Source of the DNA: an uncultured delta proteobacterium
GTDB taxonomy: Bacteria; Desulfobacterota; RBG-13-43-22
Direction: 5' to 3'
Length of the DNA stretch: 64,000 bases
Assembly: GCA_963790475.1 (NCBI GenBank)
Contig: CAWBOS010000010.1
Location: 160,001 to 224,000 of the forward strand
The translations under genes and the position numbers were made by a program. Shown piece by piece: positions 30,729-40,469 of this stretch. The notes under the pieces are model-generated. The model did no database searches, was not told the origin of the DNA, and worked only from the letters and a program-made list of their open reading frames with translations. The first letter of the stretch is position 1. Each line of letters starts with the position of its first letter.

Positions 30729-31274
30729 CTATTTGTCAAGCAGGAAAAGGGACAGATATTTTAAGGGGATGGTCCTGACCCGGGAAAAACCGGATGATGC
30801 CGCCAGACTTTCAAACTGTTCCGGTGCGATACGGTGCTTCAACGGCGGACCGAAACCCTCTTCCCTGTATGGCCATTCTAAGACCGCAACCCGGAGGGTG
30901 CAGACCCGGGCGGATTCTTTGAGCGTTAAGAGGGGTTGTTCCGATTCATGGAGCAACAAACCCAGAAAAACAAGGTTAAAAGCATTTTCCTCGAAAGGCA
31001 GTTTTTCCGACGAAGCCAGTTGGAAACTGGCGCCGGGAACGTAAGCCCGCGCGGCCTCCAGCATCGGCTCCTGGATATCGACCCCGGTCACTTCCAGGCC
31101 CTGATGGAAGAAAGCTTCAGCAAAAATACCGCTGCCGGTTCCGACATCGAGGATCGTTCGAGGGTTAATACCCTCCAGACACAACCTGACCACCTTATCG
31201 GTTTCAAGAAAGGCCAGGCGTTTCGGGTCGCGGAGTTTTTCGATTTTATCACGGTACACTTTGTCATCGCTCAT
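30729..31274 (-). CDS. class I SAM-dependent methyltransferase
   Basis: ILDVGTGSG and LPF.ENAF motifs; start uncertain (31274 or 31310). Confidence 0.85.
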   Translation of the reverse strand: MSDDKVYRDKIEKLRDPKRLAFLETDKVVRLCLEGINPRTILDVGTGSGIFAEAFFHQGLEVTGVDIQEPMLEAARAYVPGASFQLASSEKLPFEENAFNLVFLGLLLHESEQPLLTLKESARVCTLRVAVLEWPYREEGFGPPLKHRIAPEQFESLAASSGFSRVRTIPLKYLSLFLLDK

Positions 31275-31306
31275 GATAAGGTCTCCATCAGTATCTTCAA
31301 TTTTGT

Positions 31307-32058
31307 TCAATTACCGGTAAACACCGGCCTTCTTTTCTCTCTAAAAGCGCGGCCGCCTTCCTGTTGGTCCTGACTGTTGGAGACGGCCAGGAGGTCGCGG
31401 CGGGCGATACCGGATTGCTCGGAAGGTCCTTTGGGCAAAACCGCGTTGCGGATGAAACGCTTGAGCATGGTGATCACCAGGGGTGCGCTGTCCCTCAGAA
31501 TTTTCGCGTACTCCAGGGCGCCTTCGATATGTTTGCCTTTTGGTGTTACCTGGTTCACGAAACCGACTTCGTAGGCCCGTTGGGCGTTGTAATGTTTCCC
31601 GGTAAGCATGAACTCCATGGCGATCTTATGAGGCACCCGGGCAGCCAGGCCGGCGATCAGGCCGCCGCAGAATCCCACCTGGGCCTCGGGATAAAAAAAG
31701 TCGGCGTTTTCGGCGGCGACGGCTATATCACAGAACTGGACCAGCACGGCCCCGCCGCCCACACAATATCCGGATACGGCGGCGACTATCGGTTTGTCCA
31801 CATCCACACCGACCCCGGGCATACATTCCCAGAGTTCCGGATTGCGCGGCGGATCGCGCAAATCGGCGCCGGCAGTGAAGGCCTTTTCCCCGGCTCCGGT
31901 GACAATGGCACAGCGGTCGTCACTCTGGTTAAAGCGGATGAAAGCACTCTTCAGCCCGGCCACCACAGCGCCCGAAGGGCGTTGAGCTGCCCGGGGCGGT
32001 TGATGGTGATGGTCGCGATCAATTCTTTTGATTCATAAAGCACCAGATCATCGCTCAT
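31307..32058 (-). pseudogene. enoyl-CoA hydratase/isomerase, frameshifted
   Basis: ATG 32058 reads MSDDLVLYE...ITINRPGQLNAL; frame shifts near 31970 into AFTAGADL...KPIVAAVSG. Confidence 0.8.
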
Positions 32059-32281
32059 AATGGTTCCTCCTGGAATTTATTTCCTGTTGAAATATTTTTT
32101 AAGCGAAATTTTGTAGGCTTGAAGAAGTATAGGTTAAGTGGGGGGAGGGATCAAGCGGTTTCCCTTGGCGAGCGATCACAAAAGTGAAAAAATAAGGCCA
32201 GGGATTTCTGTGTGCCTCCGTGGCCGATTCGAATTAAGGTGTCTTCGTTTACCGGACTGAATGCGGCCAATCTTCGGCAAA

Positions 32282-32365
32282 AAGTAACTTATGGTGATTG
32301 ACTGGACTGGTTATGGCGGCGCCGAGCCCATGGCCGCTCGCAGCCATTGACCGTCAAAGTTATTG
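32282..32365 (+). other. degenerate attC-like palindrome
   Basis: AAGTAAC...imperfect inverted repeat...GTTATTG immediately before a TA pair. Confidence 0.35.
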
Positions 32366-32422
32366 ACAAACCCATATCGATCCTGATATCGTATTACAAA
32401 TTATATCGATGGAGGTAATGGT

Positions 32423-32629
32423 ATGCAATCAATAACGGTGTCCCCTAAATATCAGGTCGTTATCCCTAAAACAGTCCGGAAGTCGTTGAATATCCGTCCC
32501 GGCCAAAAAATGCAGGTTGTCGAATATGCCGGACGCATAGAGCTCATTCCGGAAAGGGATATTAAGGAGCTCCGGGGATTCCTCAGGGGCATCAATACTG
32601 AATTCAAACGGGAGGGAGACAGGGTATGA
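32423..32629 (+). CDS. AbrB/MazE/SpoVT-family antitoxin
   Basis: VSPKYQVVIPK.VR..LNI.PG pattern; overlaps the toxin start. Confidence 0.9.
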   Translation: MQSITVSPKYQVVIPKTVRKSLNIRPGQKMQVVEYAGRIELIPERDIKELRGFLRGINTEFKREGDRV

Positions 32630-33000
32630 ATATCGTGGATTCTTCCGGCTGGCTGGCCTACTTCGCCGATGAGCCTAATGCCAAACATTTCCTGATCCCT
32701 TTGAGTGATCCGACCTTGCTGGTTGTTCCGACGGTAACGATATACGAGGTCTTCAAGGTCATTCTCCGGGAATCAACAGAGAATGAAGCTTTGCAGGCGG
32801 TTGTTGCCATGCAAAAAGGAACGGTTGTGGATCTGAACGCACCCATGGCTATTTCTGCTTCGAAGCTAAGTTTGGAGCTTAATCTTCCAATGGCGGACAG
32901 TATCATTCTGGCGACGGCACAGGAATTCAAAGCCGTTCTCTGGACTCAGGATTCAGACTTTAAAAGAATAAGTAATGTGAAGTATTTTCCTAAGAAATAA
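32626..33000 (+). CDS. vapC: VapC/PIN toxin
   Basis: IVDSSGW, YEV, MADSII and WTQD.DF PIN residues. Confidence 0.88.
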   Translation: MNIVDSSGWLAYFADEPNAKHFLIPLSDPTLLVVPTVTIYEVFKVILRESTENEALQAVVAMQKGTVVDLNAPMAISASKLSLELNLPMADSIILATAQEFKAVLWTQDSDFKRISNVKYFPKK

Positions 33001-33094
33001 AAAATGGTGACCCATTAATCCCTCGAATGCCCGCTTCCCCCTAAAGAAGTGGAAGGAGAAAATAAAATAGCCTGGCGTCCCTTGATTTCTCCAG

Positions 33095-33290
33095 AGCCGC
33101 CCCACATTGCTCAAAGTGGCGGCTCGCCATCCTAAAGTGCTGAAGGATCTGGCGGCCTAATTGATATGCCGTGCTAAAGGGGACGAAGCGACCCTACGCT
33201 CACATAAGAAGTTTTTTGACAAATTAACTGGTTATGTTAAACTTGTCTTATCTGTTTAGCTTTTTGAAATTCAAAATACTTTTTAGACAG
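33095..33290 (+). repeat. HTH-antitoxin 3' remnant plus promoter repeat
   Basis: LLKVAARHPKVLKDLAA* tail followed by the TTGACA repeat; homologous to ~37725-37865. Confidence 0.55.
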
Positions 33291-33543
33291 GATCTACCGG
33301 ATTAGCTGGGTTTTAGTGCCTTTCCGGAAGAAAGTTACAAATCGTATCATCCTGCTGACAAAAATACTTGATGCGCCCGAAGCAGATCGGGGTTTCCGAC
33401 GAGAAGATTAGATTCCTCCTCGTCGGTGAATATCCGATGGCCGCCCACGGTTTGTCTCCGGGCTACTCTTGACACAGACATTTGTGTCATGCCCTTCTGT
33501 AGAAGATAAAGAAATCAAGAAGAGGAGGTATAGTTAAGACATC

Positions 33544-33762
33544 ATGATAAGCACACTTCAGATATCGCAGATGTCCCGGGAGGAGAAACTCCGGGTCCTG
33601 GAAGCCATATGGTCCGATCTCTCCAAGGACGAAGCTCAGGTGGAATCTCCCGAATGGCATGAGGAAGTTCTCAAAGAAACCGAGGCCAGGGTGGCTGCAA
33701 GTCAGGAGCACATTGTGGATTGGCCAACTGCAAAGCGGGAACTCAGAAAGCGCTTTGAATGA
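33544..33762 (+). CDS. addiction module antitoxin
   Basis: EKL..LEAIW.DL...SP.WH..VL..DW..AK pattern. Confidence 0.85.
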   Translation: MISTLQISQMSREEKLRVLEAIWSDLSKDEAQVESPEWHEEVLKETEARVAASQEHIVDWPTAKRELRKRFE

Positions 33763-34049
33763 GAATCAAGATCCTTTCCTCTGCCGTCGAAGACCTGCAT
33801 ACCGGTCGTCTCTTCTATGAGAAGCAGGGCGAAGGATTGGGCGAGTACTTCTTTGATTCCTTGTTCTCTGACATTGATTCCCTCCTGCTTTACGCAGGCA
33901 TCCATCAAAAGGTTTTCGGTTACCACCGTCTCTTGTCCAAGCGATTCCCTTATGCCGTATACTACACGCTTGATCAAGACTTGATCATAGTCAGGCGGGT
34001 TCTTGACCTCCGACGACATCCGGACAGAATTCGTCATGCTTTGAAATAA
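33759..34049 (+). CDS. RelE/ParE family toxin
   Basis: A.EDL....FYE.Q..GLG..F and RFPYAVYY...VLD.RR.P patterns. Confidence 0.88.
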   Translation: MRIKILSSAVEDLHTGRLFYEKQGEGLGEYFFDSLFSDIDSLLLYAGIHQKVFGYHRLLSKRFPYAVYYTLDQDLIIVRRVLDLRRHPDRIRHALK

Positions 34050-34200
34050 GGAAACTAAATAAGTTTCTTTTTGGGGCTAAAAAAGACAATACAGGCCATG
34101 AAAACCCCTATTTCTGGGACACTAAAGATGAATAATCATGAACTTATCGTGGTCCGATCCCATTCAAGGAATGGAAAGAATTCTTAAGGAGAAGGTAATT

Positions 34201-34419
34201 ATGAGACGGCGAAAAAAGACCAAGTATGTGCATGAAGGACAGTACGTGGCCGAAGTGGATGTCGATCTGATCGAAGACGAGGGTGAATGGTCCCCGTACC
34301 TTAGTATTGAAGATGCCTACAAACTTGATGACGTGCGAGATGCTCTCCGCCGAGGTGATCTTGTATCGGCTTCCCAATACGGCCGAATTTTCGAGCTTCG
34401 CCGCGTGGCCCAACAATAA
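34201..34419 (+). CDS. small hypothetical protein (TA-cassette associated type)
   Basis: AAGGAG RBS; K.VHEG.YVAEV.V.LI....WSPYLS..DAYKLD.VR.ALR.GD. Confidence 0.7.
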   Translation: MRRRKKTKYVHEGQYVAEVDVDLIEDEGEWSPYLSIEDAYKLDDVRDALRRGDLVSASQYGRIFELRRVAQQ

Positions 34420-34439
34420 CATTGGTATCACCTCAAAGA

Positions 34440-34596
34440 TCTTAAGGAGATTTATGGCCCGATTCCATGTCTCAAAAGATCCATCCAATCAACTAAGCCC
34501 CATCTTTGCCTACGATCCTCTTAATGTAAAAAATCCGTTCTGGTTATAACATGATAAAGGGGAGATATTAAGAAACCACAGAATAACTTGTTAGCC
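34440..34596 (+). pseudogene. collapsed tyrosine-integrase stub with attI-like core, copy 1
   Basis: RBS plus MARFHVSKDPSNQLSPIFAYDPL/NVKNPF; ends ATAACTT-GTTAGCC. Confidence 0.5.
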
Positions 34597-34688
34597 ATAG
34601 AATAGGAATTACAACAAATCATTCACGAAAACAGAAGCGAGCAAAAGGAGAAGACAAGGACCTCCATGACCAGGACCGAATACACGCT

Positions 34689-36080
34689 ATGCGACTATAT
34701 TTAATCAACCCTTCAAACCCGCTGGTCGCCATCACCAAAATCAAAGAGAGCCGCTGGAACCGGTACCGGGTGTGGAAACCCCTCGGCCTTATGGTTCTCG
34801 CGGGACTGACCCCGTCGGAGTGGGAAATCTCGATTGTCGATGAGAACCTCGGTGTGCCGGACTATTCAGCCATGCCGCGGCCGGACCTGGTGGGCATTAC
34901 CGCTTTCACTTCCCAGGCGAACCGCGCCTATGAAGTGGCCGCTTACTTCCGGAGTCTGGGCGTGCCCGTCGTTATGGGCGGTATTCATGCCACCATGTGC
35001 ATAGAGGAGGTCATGGAACGTGTGGACTCGGTTGTCACCGGGGAAGCGGAGAGCATCTGGCGGCAGGTCCTGGAGGATTCCCGACAAGGGAGTCTGAAGC
35101 GCCGGTATGACGGAGGGCTGGCTGAGATCGGCGATGTCCCCTTGGCCCGCCATGATTTGCTTAATAGGGGATATGCCTTCGGAGCAATTCAAACCACACG
35201 GGGCTGCCCACTGAACTGCACCTTTTGCAGTGTGACCGCTTTTAACGGCGCCCACTACAGGCTGCGACCCATTCCGGATATCGTCCGGGAATTCCGGTTG
35301 ATCCGCGAGAAACTTGTTTTGGTGGTGGACGACAATCTCATCGGCACACGTCCTGAACATATCGCCCGCGCCAAGGACCTGTTCCGGGCCATGGCACAGG
35401 CGAACCTGCGGAAGGAATGGGTTGCTCAGGCCACCATTAATTTCGCCGATGACGAAGAACTTTTGTCGTTGGCCGCGAAGGCCGGTTGCAGAGGCGTTTT
35501 TATCGGTTTTGAGTCCCTCTCACCGGAAGGGCTTCGGGAAATCGGCAAGAAATTTAACCTGCTGAAGGGCCGGGACTTCCGAGCCTCCGTGCAGCGCATA
35601 CAGCGGCACAAGATACTGGTCGTAGGTTCCTTTATCATCGGTCTGGACATAGACGAACCGGGCATCGGCAAACGTATCGCCGAGGTGGCCGGCCGGTATG
35701 GCGTAGACAATCTCAATACCCTGTTTCTGACGCCCTTGCCGGGCACGCGCCTGTGGGACCGGATGAAATCGGAGGACCGCATTGCCCTTAACAGGTTCCC
35801 GGAAGACTGGAAATATTACACGCTGACCTTCCCGGTTGCCCGGTATAGGCATTTGTCTCTTGCCGGCGTGATTCAGGAAATGGTTAACTGCGACCGGGTC
35901 TTCTACTCCATGCCGCGTATCCTGCGCAGGGTCTGGAGCAGCTTATGGCAAGGCCGCAAGCCTTTGATCAGTCTCGTGGGCAACCTTTCCTACAGAAGGA
36001 ATCTCCAGTTGAATCGCAAGTCCTATGCGGACTTTATGAGTTACTCGGGTAATAGGCACAATTCTGTAAGAGAGGTATGA
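34689..36080 (+). CDS. B12-binding domain radical SAM protein, copy 1
   Basis: DLVGIT and VVMGGIHA cobalamin domain; TRGCPLNCTFC. Confidence 0.92.
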   Translation: MRLYLINPSNPLVAITKIKESRWNRYRVWKPLGLMVLAGLTPSEWEISIVDENLGVPDYSAMPRPDLVGITAFTSQANRAYEVAAYFRSLGVPVVMGGIHATMCIEEVMERVDSVVTGEAESIWRQVLEDSRQGSLKRRYDGGLAEIGDVPLARHDLLNRGYAFGAIQTTRGCPLNCTFCSVTAFNGAHYRLRPIPDIVREFRLIREKLVLVVDDNLIGTRPEHIARAKDLFRAMAQANLRKEWVAQATINFADDEELLSLAAKAGCRGVFIGFESLSPEGLREIGKKFNLLKGRDFRASVQRIQRHKILVVGSFIIGLDIDEPGIGKRIAEVAGRYGVDNLNTLFLTPLPGTRLWDRMKSEDRIALNRFPEDWKYYTLTFPVARYRHLSLAGVIQEMVNCDRVFYSMPRILRRVWSSLWQGRKPLISLVGNLSYRRNLQLNRKSYADFMSYSGNRHNSVREV

Positions 36081-36319
36081 AAAAGAATAATGATCGGCTT
36101 TTTTGAAAACTATATTTCAATGCGCAATGATCATGTCTACGGCGATCCCGAATATTCTTGGCGTGAATATATTACTAAATGCAGCTTACCCATAGAATTG
36201 CCTTGACTTTGCTACAATCGTGCATAACTTAAGAATTAGAATCAACATCACAAAGGTTGATGAGGTAATTGGCAATAAGCCCGGCTAATCGGGAACGAGA
36301 CAAAAAGGAGTGTGTCAAG

Positions 36320-36661
36320 ATGCAGGTAGAACGAATGAAGGTTGCGCCCGATACAGTAGCGTATGCAGACGGGGAGCAGCACAAGCTGGTGGTGGAGTTC
36401 GCAATCCCAGGAGCGCCAACGGATACCATCGATGTAAAGATCCTCAACGATAGTGTATATTTATTGGCGCCAGCAAGGGACATTGAGTACGTTTCGGCAC
36501 TGGCTTTGACTTGGCCGGTGAAACCTGAGAAAGCCGAAGCGACTTACGAACACGGATTGCTCCGAATTGAGGTGCCCTTCAAAGATCCGATGGAGGATGC
36601 TGTGAAGGTCGCCATCAAAGAAGGTGGCGCGGAAACCAAGATCAAAACAATCGTACCCTGA
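36320..36661 (+). CDS. Hsp20/alpha-crystallin family protein
   Basis: IPG and AEATYEHGLLRIEVP motifs; AAGGAG RBS. Confidence 0.85.
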   Translation: MQVERMKVAPDTVAYADGEQHKLVVEFAIPGAPTDTIDVKILNDSVYLLAPARDIEYVSALALTWPVKPEKAEATYEHGLLRIEVPFKDPMEDAVKVAIKEGGAETKIKTIVP

Positions 36662-36786
36662 TGACCCGTTAAGTTGTTAGGCTAATAAACGAAACAACCG
36701 GGGTCGGACTTGACTTGACAATTAACTAATGAGGGTGGTCAGATACCTACTGGATTGTTAGATGACAATCAAAAAACAGGAGGTGT

Positions 36787-36900
36787 TTGAGCACCCAAGA
36801 GAAGCTTATCAGAAGAAAACAAAGTTTGATAGAGTTAGTCTAAATTCTTCAGAACGTATTCCAGGCCTGTAAAATCCATCGATTTTCGAGACAATTTATA
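36787..36900 (+). pseudogene. IS481-like transposase 5' remnant
   Basis: AGGAGG then STQEKLIRRKQSLIELV*ILQNVFQACKIH.FSRQ, resembling IS481 N-termini from memory. Confidence 0.4.
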
Positions 36901-37006
36901 CATTGCCGGCAGTACCGGCATTTTTTTTCGATAATGTACTATGGAGATCATGATATGAAAGACAAGCCTGCCATCCAGGATGTGATAGAGGAGAAATTTC
37001 GGTAAC

Positions 37007-37474
37007 ATGAACCTTTTGGAATCGCAATCAAGAGAAAACAAGCAATCATTGCATGAGTGGCGACAGGTGGTTGAATCCGTGGCCGCCTTTGCTACGAACC
37101 AAGGTGGATTTATACGCATCGGCATTAATCCCAGAGGGGAAAACTTTGGGGTCCGCATCGGCAAAGGCACTTTGGAAGATTTGTGCAATAAGATCAAACA
37201 AAATACGGACCCCCCTCAGTACCCATCTATCAAAGTGGAGGGGCAAGAGGAAGCTGGTATTATCGTAATCCAGGTTGAAGAATCACCTATCAAACCAGTC
37301 TGGGCTTTCGGGCGGCCTTTGAAGCGGGTTGGACGAACCAACCAGCATCTCTCAAGGAAGGAAACTCATCGGATGGTGGAAGCCACAACCGGCCACACTT
37401 GGGATGCGCTTCCGTCCCTGGGTTTTCCTTTAAAAGAGGCCTCCGAAGAATATGTCCGAGATCTCGCCACATAA
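37007..37474 (+). pseudogene. AlbA/Schlafen-domain protein, truncated
   Basis: AFA..QGG.I.IG, I.V.ESP.KPV and KRVG.TN motifs; stops early where full-length members continue. Confidence 0.65.
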
Positions 37475-37823
37475 CTGTTCTCTGGCGTGGGCCTGGTCCA
37501 GAGGGCACGCGGACGATCTCTTCCCAAAGGCTCAAGTGGTCGCATCACCCGATCGCCCTATTTTGACAGCACCCTGCTTCGTGAGGCCCAACAACCTTAC
37601 AGTGTCCATTTTGACCCTGAAAAACGCCTTTTAAGACAAAATATTACCCTTAAATGGGACGTTTATCCTGATATTAAAAGGGTTGGTCTGGTCCGGCCCC
37701 ATTCATCTTCTCCCCTTCAGCCTCTCAGCAAAGTGGCACCCGCCATCCTAAAGCGTTGCAGGAACCGGCAACATAATTGATACGCCGTGTCAAAGTGAAC
37801 GATCCGATCCTCTATTTTTCGAT

Positions 37824-38058
37824 AAGAAATATTTTGACAAATTAACCGGTTATGTTATACTTACCAAATTTAATCTGATCTTACAAGCCGCTTCCTAAAA
37901 GATCTTAAGGAGATTTATGGCCCTGTTCCATGTCTCAAAAGATCCACCGAATCAACCAAGCATTACCCTTACCAGGGATCTTCTTAATTTAAAAACCCGT
38001 TCCCGTTATAACATGATAAAGGGGAGATATTAAGAAACCAAAGAATAACTTGTTAGCC
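37824..38058 (+). pseudogene. promoter repeat plus collapsed integrase stub and attI-like core, copy 2
   Basis: TTGACA-16-TATACT, ATG 37917 MALFHVSKDP..., GTTAGCC at 38052. Confidence 0.5.
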
Positions 38059-38150
38059 ACAGAATAGGAATTACAACAAATCATTCACGAAAACAGAAGT
38101 GAGCAAAAGGAGAAGACAAGGACCTCCATGACCAGGACCGAATACATGCT

Positions 38151-39542
38151 ATGCGACTATATTTGATCAACCCTTCAAACCCCCTGGTCGCCATAACCAA
38201 AATCAAAGAGAGCCGCTGGAACCGGTACCGGGTGTGGAAACCCCTCGGCCTTATGGTTCTCGCGGGACTGACCCCGCCGGAGTGGGAAATCTCGATCATG
38301 GACGAGAACCTCGGTGCGCCGGACTATTCAGCCATGCCGCAGCCGGACCTGGTGGGCATTACCGCTTTCACTTCCCAGGCGAACCGCGCCTATGAAGTGG
38401 CCGCTTACTTCCGGAGTCTGGGCGTGCCCGTCGTCATGGGCGGAATTCACGCCACTATGTGCTTAGAGGAGGTCATGGAACGTGTGGACTCGGTTGTCAC
38501 CGGGGAAGCTGAGAGCATCTGGAGGCAGGTCCTGGAGGATGCCCGACATGGGAGTCTGAAGCGTCGGTATGACGGAGGGCTGGCCGAGATCGACGATGTC
38601 CCCTTAGCCCGCCATGATTTGCTTAATACGGGATACGCCCTCGGAGCTATCCAGACCACACGGGGCTGCCCACTGAACTGCACCTTTTGCAGCGTGACCG
38701 CCTTTAACGGTGCCCACTACAGGCTGCGACCCATCCCGGATATCATCCGGGAATTCCAGTTGATCCGCGAGAAACATGTTCTGGTGGTGGACGACAATCT
38801 CATCGGCACACGTCCTGAACATATCGCCCGCGCCAAGGACCTGCTCCGTGCCATGGCCCAGGCGAACCTTCGAAAGGAATGGGTTACCCAGGTCACCATT
38901 AACTTCGCCGATGACGAAGAACTCCTGTCGTTGGCCGCGAAGGCCGGGTGCAGAGGCGTCTTTATCGGCTTTGAGTCCCTCTCACCGGAAGGGCTTCGGG
39001 AAATCGGCAAGAAATTCAACCTGCTGAAGGGCCGGGACTTCCGAGCCTCCGTGCAGCGCATACAGCGGCACAAGATACTGGTCGTAGGTTCCTTTATCAT
39101 CGGTCTGGACATAGACGAACCGGGCATCGGCAGACGTATCGCCGAAGTGGCCGGCCGGTATGGCGTAGACAATCTCAATACTCTATTTTTGACGCCCTTG
39201 CCGGGCACGCGCCTGTGGGACCGGATGAAATCGGAGGACCGCATCACCCTTAACAGGTTTCCGGAAGACTGGAAATATTACACGCTGACCTTCCCGGTTG
39301 CCCGGTATAGGCATTTGTCTCTTGCCGGTATGATTCAGGAAAAGATTACCTGCGACCGGGGTTTCTACTCCATGCCGCGTATCCTGCGCAGAGTGTTGAC
39401 CAACTTATGGCAACGCCGCAAGCCGTGGATCAGTCTCGTGGGCAACCTTTCCTACAGAAGGAATCTCCAGTTGAATCGCAAGGTGTATGAAGACTTTATA
39501 TGTTACTCGGGCAATAGGCAAAATTCTGTAAGGGAGTCATGA
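38151..39542 (+). CDS. B12-binding domain radical SAM protein, copy 2
   Basis: Same length (463 aa) and highly similar to copy 1. Confidence 0.92.
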   Translation: MRLYLINPSNPLVAITKIKESRWNRYRVWKPLGLMVLAGLTPPEWEISIMDENLGAPDYSAMPQPDLVGITAFTSQANRAYEVAAYFRSLGVPVVMGGIHATMCLEEVMERVDSVVTGEAESIWRQVLEDARHGSLKRRYDGGLAEIDDVPLARHDLLNTGYALGAIQTTRGCPLNCTFCSVTAFNGAHYRLRPIPDIIREFQLIREKHVLVVDDNLIGTRPEHIARAKDLLRAMAQANLRKEWVTQVTINFADDEELLSLAAKAGCRGVFIGFESLSPEGLREIGKKFNLLKGRDFRASVQRIQRHKILVVGSFIIGLDIDEPGIGRRIAEVAGRYGVDNLNTLFLTPLPGTRLWDRMKSEDRITLNRFPEDWKYYTLTFPVARYRHLSLAGMIQEKITCDRGFYSMPRILRRVLTNLWQRRKPWISLVGNLSYRRNLQLNRKVYEDFICYSGNRQNSVRES

Positions 39543-39559
39543 AATAATGGGTTGTTGAT

Positions 39560-39632
39560 GACAGGTCTTGCAATATCACATTGAAGGAAATTGCCGAACC
39601 TCTGGGGTTCCACTATGCTACTATGAGTCGAA
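39560..39632 (+). pseudogene. Y1/RAYT-type transposase C-terminal HTH remnant
   Basis: TLKEIAEPLGFHYATMSR next to AGGTCTTGCAATATCACA. Confidence 0.35.
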
Positions 39633-39771
39633 AATACCCTTTCCCCTATTTTCCCAAGTTTTTACATTTCTTAATAAACGTATTTCTTCCCTAAGAAATA
39701 TTTTGACAAATTAACTGGTTATGTTAAAATTATCGTATCTGTTAAGCTTTTTGAAATTCAAAATATTTTTA

Positions 39772-40212
39772 GACAGGATCTACAGGATTACCTGGATTTT
39801 TGTGCCTTTCCACCTGCGGGCAGGCAGGGAAAGTCACAAACCCAATCTCTATACGGATAGAAACCTTGTATCAGTTTAGGTTTTTGAAATTACTATTCTC
39901 ACCGCTGAGGCGCAAAGGACGCCAAGAAGAAAATTTATCGATTGCCGGTGAGGGGCTGGCAATCGATAACCTTCGCTACCCTCCGGGTATTTATTTGGCC
40001 GGAGGCCAGAGCTGTTTTGTTTAATCCCGCCTCTCACGGGAATGAACAAGAATGATTCTCTCTGCGTTCTTTGCGGCTTTGCGGTGAACAAAAAATATTT
40101 TTTCAAATACCTAAAATATTACGAAACCCTAATTTCTGTTGAGAGAGGATTGAGGTTTCTCAGGATCTTCCGGAGCCTGAGAAAGGTACACGTAAATCCT
40201 GTTAATCCTGTC
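39772..40212. repeat. nested REP/MITE-like palindromic elements
   Basis: GACAGGATCTACAGGATT...AATCCTGTTAATCCTGTC encloses TCACCGCTGAGGCGCAAAG...CTTTGCGGTGA (39899-40087). Confidence 0.75.
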
Positions 40213-40270
40213 GGATAATATTTTATTCTTATCTTACAGACTCCTTCCTTTTAGATCTTTAAGGAGATTT

Positions 40271-40453
40271 ATGGCCCAGTTCCATGTCTCAAAAGATCCA
40301 TCCAATCAACTAAGCCTTACCTTTGCCTACGATCTTGTATTAATATCCAATTTAAAACCACAGCAGACAAAACAATATTATTTTGCTTACAGCCATATTA
40401 AGAATCCCTTGGGTAGGGGAGCTATTGAGAAACCACAAAATAACTTGTAAGGT
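40271..40453 (+). pseudogene. collapsed integrase stub and attI-like core, copy 3
   Basis: MAQFHVSKDPSNQLSLTFAYD...HIKNPLG...*; ATAACTT-GTAAGGT. Confidence 0.5.
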
Positions 40454-40469
40454 TTTAGAAGGAGGAGAT

